A stretch of DNA of 64,000 nt from assembly GCA_051382295.1 (NCBI GenBank), contig JBBCAW010000021.1:64001-128000 (forward strand), in the 5' to 3' direction. The notes beneath the pieces were generated by a model. It saw only the letters and a list, made by a program, of their open reading frames with translations. It had not been told where the DNA came from and did no database searches. Positions 58,507 to 64,000 of the stretch are shown piece after piece (the stretch's first letter is position 1; the number at the start of each line of letters is the position of its first letter). Origin of the DNA: Bdellovibrionota bacterium FG-1. GTDB taxonomy: Bacteria; Bdellovibrionota; UBA1018. Made by a program: the position numbers and the translations under genes.

Positions 58507-59325
58507 TTAAATAATTCCTTTTTTTTCAACGTTTTTGGGAAACTCAAGCCAAGTGCGACCATCGAGCGTTCGACCGCCCTTCGCTCCTTTTGGATTGGCC
58601 TTATTTTTAATAGTTGGGTCGAGCGGGTCTGGGTTGTTGCTTTTTTTTCCCCATTGTTTAAATAAAAACGGAACCCCAGCCAAAACGCACTGATAGCGGA
58701 TATTTTTGACCCAGGCTGGATCCATTGGCCGTGCCTTTGGACCTGATTCACCGCCGACGATCACCCAGTTGATGCCGTTCAGATTAAGGTCGGGCAGTGG
58801 TCCGAGCAGTGGTTCCAGCGACAGGAACTTGACCTGGGCGCCAGTCAAACGGAGGTGATCGATCCGACTGGTGTAATCGTTGTTTTCAACGGAGACGCCC
58901 ATCCAGAGGTTTTTGGGCCAGGGGAGCATAGGACTGAGTGCGGTCAGGCGTTCTTGGCGCTTCGTGAGAACCTGGTAGGTGTGCCGTGGCGTCTCGATCA
59001 CTGTCTTGAATACCCCTTGAATGAACTCCAACGGTACATCCTTGTGAAAAAGGTCCGACATCGAATTCACGAAGATGCGTCGTGGCTTCCGCCAGTGCTT
59101 TGGTCTTTCAAGTAGGTCGCGATGGAGAGTCAGCTTGAATCCGTTACTGTAACGACAGCTATCGATGTGCATTCTCCCCTTTTCGCAACTGCCAATCTCC
59201 ATCCGCTTATTGTGGATCGCCTGCTTTTCCGCATAACAGTTTTTGCAACCATCGCTGACTTTGTCGCAACCGGTATGGGGATTCCAACTTAGGTCGGTCC
59301 ATTCGATTGAAGTTCTTCCAGACAT
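58507..59325 (-). CDS. Phage Gp37/Gp68 (DUF5131) radical-SAM-like protein
   Basis: TSIEWTD..WNP..GCDKVSDGCKNCYA, NSMSDLFH, LTKR, EPLLG, GGESG, FKQWG. Confidence 0.92.
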   Translation of the reverse strand: MSGRTSIEWTDLSWNPHTGCDKVSDGCKNCYAEKQAIHNKRMEIGSCEKGRMHIDSCRYSNGFKLTLHRDLLERPKHWRKPRRIFVNSMSDLFHKDVPLEFIQGVFKTVIETPRHTYQVLTKRQERLTALSPMLPWPKNLWMGVSVENNDYTSRIDHLRLTGAQVKFLSLEPLLGPLPDLNLNGINWVIVGGESGPKARPMDPAWVKNIRYQCVLAGVPFLFKQWGKKSNNPDPLDPTIKNKANPKGAKGGRTLDGRTWLEFPKNVEKKGII

Positions 59326-59474
59326 TAATATTCCTCCTCATCACCCGAGAGCGGCCCGGGTGGCATTAGGTCAAGCCCCGTTCGCCGGGGCGTACAATTT
59401 ATGATCAGATCAGGGCTTTTTGAATTCGATGCACCTCCTTAAAATTGATGGTCGGAAAAAGTTGCCGCTTTTGC

Positions 59475-61610
59475 TTATTCATCGTTGTCCTCTTCCATGA
59501 TGTTCGGCGCGGTGTCAGCGCTACAGATGTTAAACGCCGAATCTTTCAGAAGGCGCTCAAGACTGTCGGCCTTGCCGTCCTTGTTCCAGCACCACGGGTG
59601 ACTCCGGTTCACGTCTACTTTTGCATTTAATACAGGGTAAAACTCTCGAAGAGCTTGTTCGAGGAGTTGTTTAGCGCGATCGCTTATTTGAATAATTAGG
59701 TCTTCCGGACATTCGATGAGAACAGCGTCGTGAAGCTGAAAAATGAGCTTAACGTCAGTCTCACGAAACTCCTGATCAAGGAGGATGAGCGCCCGCTTGA
59801 ATACTGAGGCCGCCGATCCTTGGATAGGCGTGTTACGTAAGAAGTTTCGAACCCAAGGGGAAATACCCGCGTTTTTAGGAATATACCGACGCAACCCGGT
59901 TACCGTGGTTGCAAATCCGCGATTGAGACCAACGCACTCCTCCTCGTCAAGCCTCGCCTTGATAACGGGGAACATGTCCATGAATCGTTCACGCTGCTTT
60001 CGCGCCTCAGATTCAGAGATTCCAAACTTCAGTGAAATGGATCTCGGCTGCATATTATAAATCACCGCGAGTACGAAAATCTTCATATTGTCGCGGAGGT
60101 CTTTTCTCTGGTTCTTGAATTCTGTTGGATCAAGATTGATTTCTTCCGCAGTCAGTTGTTCCTTGTAGAATTTCTGGGCTATAACGGCATAAACGTCGCC
60201 TTGATTGTAAGCGCTGATTAGGACCGGGTCATTGAACTCAGCAGCCACGACCCCAATCTCCATCTGGGAATAGTCGAGTTCAAAAATCGCCATTTCGGGG
60301 GGGGCCGTTACCACCGGACGAAGGTTTCTGTCGATCCCACCCAGATTTGGGTTTTTGCAGGAGTTTCTGCTCGTGGCTGTTGCGAGTTGAAGATGAGCTG
60401 GGTGGTGTCGTCCGTCTTTCCCCCGGAGTGCCCCGTAGATCCACTCACTAGTGAGGATACGCGACATTGCTCGGTACCTAAGCAAAACGCCCACCGCAGG
60501 ATGCAGGCTGCTGTGCCCATAAAGTATTTTATCGGTCAACACGATTCGTCCAGCGCGGGTTTTCTCTTTGAAATGATGAATCAGATTTAGATTTTGAAGT
60601 GCTCGGGCAATGTGATCGGGGTTGTCTGGAGAATCCAATCCGTGAGTTTTCAAATTGATGGCGTAGTGATCGCTGGCCCGAGTGCAGGCTTTGGTTAGCT
60701 TCTCAAGGCTATCTTTGGTGATGTGTACGCCGGTCCATTCCATTCGTGCGTTAGCGGGAATGAAGGGAAACTCGATCTTATGGAGGTGGCTAGAGATTCC
60801 TGATTTTTCGATATCAGGTTGTTGGGCATGATAAAGTCGAAGCGTCCATTCCGATGGGGCAGCACTGGAGTCAATGAGACCTTTTGGCATGGGTACCCCA
60901 GGGGGGAGCGGCGATTGAGCTTCAGGTTGTACGCCGCCGTAGGGGAACCCCAACTTGTAATGGGCACATTGTCCTGCCAGCGAGAGAGCATGGTCCCGCT
61001 TTTCAGCCATGAGTCGCTTAGCTGCGATATGCTCAGGGCTGTCGTCCGCTGGACCTGACACGCGGGCATGGAAGAGCCCCAAGGTCTGTGCAGCGGCCGC
61101 AATATGGGTGTCGTAGAATGAGTGGAGGACGGGGTCGATGCCACAACTCCAGAGGGCAAACAGAGCCTTCTTGAAGTCGTGGAACACGAACTTAACCCGG
61201 AGGTTCAGAAGTGCCTTGGTGGCTTCGATTCCGGCGGGATTCCGTAGGTCGATCACATGGCGATGGAGAATGCCGGGTCCATCGGGATTGAGGGGGTCAT
61301 CGACCCAAACGCAGAGGGAGACAAACAGAGGGCGGATGCCGCGAATGTCTCGCCAGAGGGGGCCATTCTTGAGTCTGAAGGCAGCTCTTTCATGTTGCAC
61401 CTCAACATGGACCCCAATTGCTCGAACAGGAAGTCCGCTGAGTTTGCGGATCAGAGCCTCGGCCGCCTCTTCGCCACCGGCGACCTGGATTTCGCCTGGT
61501 TGAGGGAGAGGGATCCCGACAGCGATGTCGAGCTGGTTTTTGGGATCTGAGTCGTAGTGGTCCAGTTCCTGAAGGCGTTGTGGCCAACGGCCGAGGAGGT
61601 TGATGGTCAT
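59475..61610 (-). CDS. Family A DNA polymerase (phage type)
   Basis: TATSR...PNL, motif A DYSQME, motif B R...K...L...Y, NTPIQGSAA, motif C LHDAV. Confidence 0.92.
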   Translation of the reverse strand: MTINLLGRWPQRLQELDHYDSDPKNQLDIAVGIPLPQPGEIQVAGGEEAAEALIRKLSGLPVRAIGVHVEVQHERAAFRLKNGPLWRDIRGIRPLFVSLCVWVDDPLNPDGPGILHRHVIDLRNPAGIEATKALLNLRVKFVFHDFKKALFALWSCGIDPVLHSFYDTHIAAAAQTLGLFHARVSGPADDSPEHIAAKRLMAEKRDHALSLAGQCAHYKLGFPYGGVQPEAQSPLPPGVPMPKGLIDSSAAPSEWTLRLYHAQQPDIEKSGISSHLHKIEFPFIPANARMEWTGVHITKDSLEKLTKACTRASDHYAINLKTHGLDSPDNPDHIARALQNLNLIHHFKEKTRAGRIVLTDKILYGHSSLHPAVGVLLRYRAMSRILTSEWIYGALRGKDGRHHPAHLQLATATSRNSCKNPNLGGIDRNLRPVVTAPPEMAIFELDYSQMEIGVVAAEFNDPVLISAYNQGDVYAVIAQKFYKEQLTAEEINLDPTEFKNQRKDLRDNMKIFVLAVIYNMQPRSISLKFGISESEARKQRERFMDMFPVIKARLDEEECVGLNRGFATTVTGLRRYIPKNAGISPWVRNFLRNTPIQGSAASVFKRALILLDQEFRETDVKLIFQLHDAVLIECPEDLIIQISDRAKQLLEQALREFYPVLNAKVDVNRSHPWCWNKDGKADSLERLLKDSAFNICSADTAPNIMEEDNDE

Positions 61611-63550
61611 TGGTTGACCTCCTCCATGGTGGTTGCGGTCTCGACTGTCCCAATTTCCCTTAAAGAATAATTAGTATTAAAGGGATTTTGGGACACCTGA
61701 CTGTTTTGCTTCAGCCATCTTGCTGCGGTCGAGGAGGAAATATTCAGCTTCCTGGCCGCCTTCCTCATGGAAAAGCCGCCAAACATCAGCGCTCGAAGTT
61801 CTTCGATCTGCTTAAGTCTCTGAGTAATACGTGGCCTCAGCAGCCCAAACTCCTGATAGGCGCGTTCAATGGTCGGAAGTTCGATAACCGGGCCCACTTC
61901 CAGGGTGAAGTCAGCCATTTGGAAAAAGATAATTTCGCGGGCATGAGTATAAAAACGACACCGTCCAACGGCTTGGAGAATTGCGTCAATCTCGAGAACA
62001 CGATGATGAATACTTACGTCTTTGGCGAGATCGCTATACCGATGTTTGTGATCAATGGTCGGTATGCGATTTTGACGACTATCGTAGTGAAAATCGACCG
62101 CGATCTGATCGCACTCAGCAATGTTACCTTGGGTGGATTCACGCAAGGCAGATGCTGGAAGATTAAAAGAGTTCAGGCAATAACAGGCATCGTAGTCGGT
62201 AAAAATATTAATACCAATTACGGCGTAGTGGATGATCGGAACAATGTTGGAGTTGGGTTTCCTTAGGTCGTCAGTGACCTCAGTTGGAAAACTAACATCA
62301 AATCCAAGCTGTTTAAGTGTTTTTCTGAGATAATTAGCGCATGCCACCTTAAACTTCTTTTGGGAGACAAGGAGTGTGCTCTTGCCTGATTTGATGTTGA
62401 AGGCAATCTTGGCAGCGATGAAGTCAAGAATTCGATGCATGTTGCTCCGGAAATACTTTGCTGCACCCGAGCGGAATTTTAGATTAAATATTCGCGTGTC
62501 AGTGTGTCTAAACTGAAGTGATTCGAATGGAGATTCAAGGTCAGGCAACTGAAGCTGCTTCTTTACGAAGTCCTTCGGCAGGTTGGCGGCGAGCACCAGG
62601 ATGTCGAACCGATCAAAGTTTTGGCGTACTACAAAGTTGATATTCCCGTACTTGTCCTTCCAGCGATCTTGCTGTTTGCTTTGTTGGAAGAGGGATACGA
62701 GATGAGCAATATTCTCAAAGTTATGACCGAATTCATCAACCCCATGCCGTTGAATTTCTAGACCAACCTGATTCAGACCTGATGGAAAAATCCAGCCAGT
62801 CATTCGAAGTGATCGGGTGTCGGCACGGAGCAACGTACTAAGGTTTTGCACCCACACGGCCTTATCGGCATCAAAAGTCGGATATTCTTCCTCCGGCTGT
62901 GGAAGCGTCCTTAATGCGTTAATAAAGATTTCAATAGTATTGGCAGAAATAGTGATCGGCTTTAATGTTTTCGTTACGCCACCTTCATCGAGTATCAAAA
63001 GTACCTTTTTTGGCTTCAAAATATCAATGATCTGGCTAAGTATCGTCGGAGCATTGTTCAGTCGCTGATCGGTACAAAGGATGAATTGACGATCCTTGAT
63101 CTTTTCTTCAAGAGGGGGCCACCAGGTGCATTCCGAGTCTTTCTTTGGACACTTCGAACACAAAGTTTCCCTCGCGAGCGACGAGCAACCACGAGTTTCT
63201 AAAAACTCCCATTGCTCGTTGAGAGGACCGCAAAGTCTCGTCGGCCGAGCGCGCAATACAAAATATTCGATTGGAAGAGCGGCGGCCTGAAGACTGTGCA
63301 GGCGTTCAGTGATGATCGACCACGCACAGGCAACGTAGATGACAAGGTCGTAAATCCGGTAAGTCTCGGGATCCAAGATCACCTTGTCTGCAACTGCCGA
63401 CTTTCCCACACCAATGGGTAAACGAAGAAGAAGCCGGATGAACCGTTGCAATTGCTGCAGGATCCAGGCGGCGGTGAGGGTGGCCCGAAACTTTTTCAGG
63501 CCACCTTGATCGACAATATTATTGGATTTGTTGTCGCTCACCGTCATCAC
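61607..63550 (-). CDS. SF2 helicase-like protein with Cys cluster and C-terminal HTH
   Basis: PIGVGKS, LILDE, QAVGRCR; C..C..CSKC..C; SMRKAARKLNISSSTAARW. Confidence 0.65.
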   Translation of the reverse strand: MMTVSDNKSNNIVDQGGLKKFRATLTAAWILQQLQRFIRLLLRLPIGVGKSAVADKVILDPETYRIYDLVIYVACAWSIITERLHSLQAAALPIEYFVLRARPTRLCGPLNEQWEFLETRGCSSLARETLCSKCPKKDSECTWWPPLEEKIKDRQFILCTDQRLNNAPTILSQIIDILKPKKVLLILDEGGVTKTLKPITISANTIEIFINALRTLPQPEEEYPTFDADKAVWVQNLSTLLRADTRSLRMTGWIFPSGLNQVGLEIQRHGVDEFGHNFENIAHLVSLFQQSKQQDRWKDKYGNINFVVRQNFDRFDILVLAANLPKDFVKKQLQLPDLESPFESLQFRHTDTRIFNLKFRSGAAKYFRSNMHRILDFIAAKIAFNIKSGKSTLLVSQKKFKVACANYLRKTLKQLGFDVSFPTEVTDDLRKPNSNIVPIIHYAVIGINIFTDYDACYCLNSFNLPASALRESTQGNIAECDQIAVDFHYDSRQNRIPTIDHKHRYSDLAKDVSIHHRVLEIDAILQAVGRCRFYTHAREIIFFQMADFTLEVGPVIELPTIERAYQEFGLLRPRITQRLKQIEELRALMFGGFSMRKAARKLNISSSTAARWLKQNSQVSQNPFNTNYSLREIGTVETATTMEEVNQ

Positions 63551-64000
63551 CTATCCAAGATCCAAGCCACGGAGTTCAAGCTGCGCCTTGATCGATTCCA
63601 ATGAGGAAAGCTCAATTGCGGTGTACCGAGGGTAGATCGATTTCAGAGTCTCTTCGAGGTTTTCATTCTGCTCTAAGAACGCCGCGACTTGCTGGAGTCC
63701 AACGCTGGCTGTCTTGACGTTGGAAATCAGCTTCGTGGTAAAGTCATAGTTGTCACCACGGGAAATCTCGATGAGCTTCTGGTCAATTTTCGGATCATCG
63801 AGATAAGCGAGAAGCTGAGGTAAAAGCTTCCGGGGCGCCATCTCCTTGGAAATGCGCAGGATGGCAATACCGTTCTGGCTCAGACTATAGACGGGGAGGA
63901 GGACACTAGTGGACGCCTTCTTTCCGGCGATGCAGAAGGGGCAAGTTTTTGGATCGCCCAGGCAATGGAAGTGACCGCGTAAATTTGGGTCATCCGAAAA
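63551..64000 (-). CDS. gp32-like zinc-binding ssDNA-binding protein, 5'-truncated by window edge
   Basis: Frame open to base 64000: FSDDPNLRGHFHCLGDPKTCPFCIAGKKASTSVLLPVY...IEISRGDNYDF. Confidence 0.5.
   Translation of the reverse strand, partial: FSDDPNLRGHFHCLGDPKTCPFCIAGKKASTSVLLPVYSLSQNGIAILRISKEMAPRKLLPQLLAYLDDPKIDQKLIEISRGDNYDFTTKLISNVKTASVGLQQVAAFLEQNENLEETLKSIYPRYTAIELSSLESIKAQLELRGLDLG

Larger units (their letters stand above)
56405..64000 (-). mobile_element. Phage-like integrative element (partial)
   Basis: Co-oriented SSB-like, helicase-like, PolA, DUF5131, xis-like, integrase genes ending next to tRNA-Leu. Confidence 0.8.

Noticed and set aside
1..64000. CRISPR array or cas genes
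   Set aside because: No regularly spaced 25-45 nt repeats or Cas motifs seen; the phased repeats at 56079-56141 are only 4-8 nt

Overview
Bacterial chromosome segment, probably Bdellovibrionota/Oligoflexia-like (inference from QVAHDIRSPL-type kinase, stand-alone HAMP protein and many secreted hypotheticals; no marker gene checked). 1-48.6 kb is mostly core/secretome: dnaE, acnA, ilvA-like, Uup-like ABC-F, DEAD-box helicase, GT22+GT87 glycosyltransferases, HAD-GH65 fusion, USPs, two metalloprotease loci, tRNA-Lys(CTT) and a tnpA-only IS200. 48.66-56.30 kb is a ~7.6 kb island in tRNA-Leu(TAG), bounded by a duplicated tRNA 3' half and mirror-image phased repeats, with no integrase inside. Its cargo is the best candidate for an undescribed system: an unannotated 56-aa secreted Gly-rich peptide, an orphan OppA-like binding protein and a minimal YcaO enzyme, divergent from a hybrid histidine kinase (candidate modified-peptide signalling module), plus a BrnT/BrnA-like TA pair. 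56.4-64 kb is a phage-like integrative element (integrase, xis-like, DUF5131, PolA, helicase-like, gp32-like SSB). A second candidate signalling module (FeeM/LuxI-like acyltransferase plus two HTH-V4R regulators) lies at 26.2-28.8 kb. All family calls are by-eye motif recognition; no searches were run.
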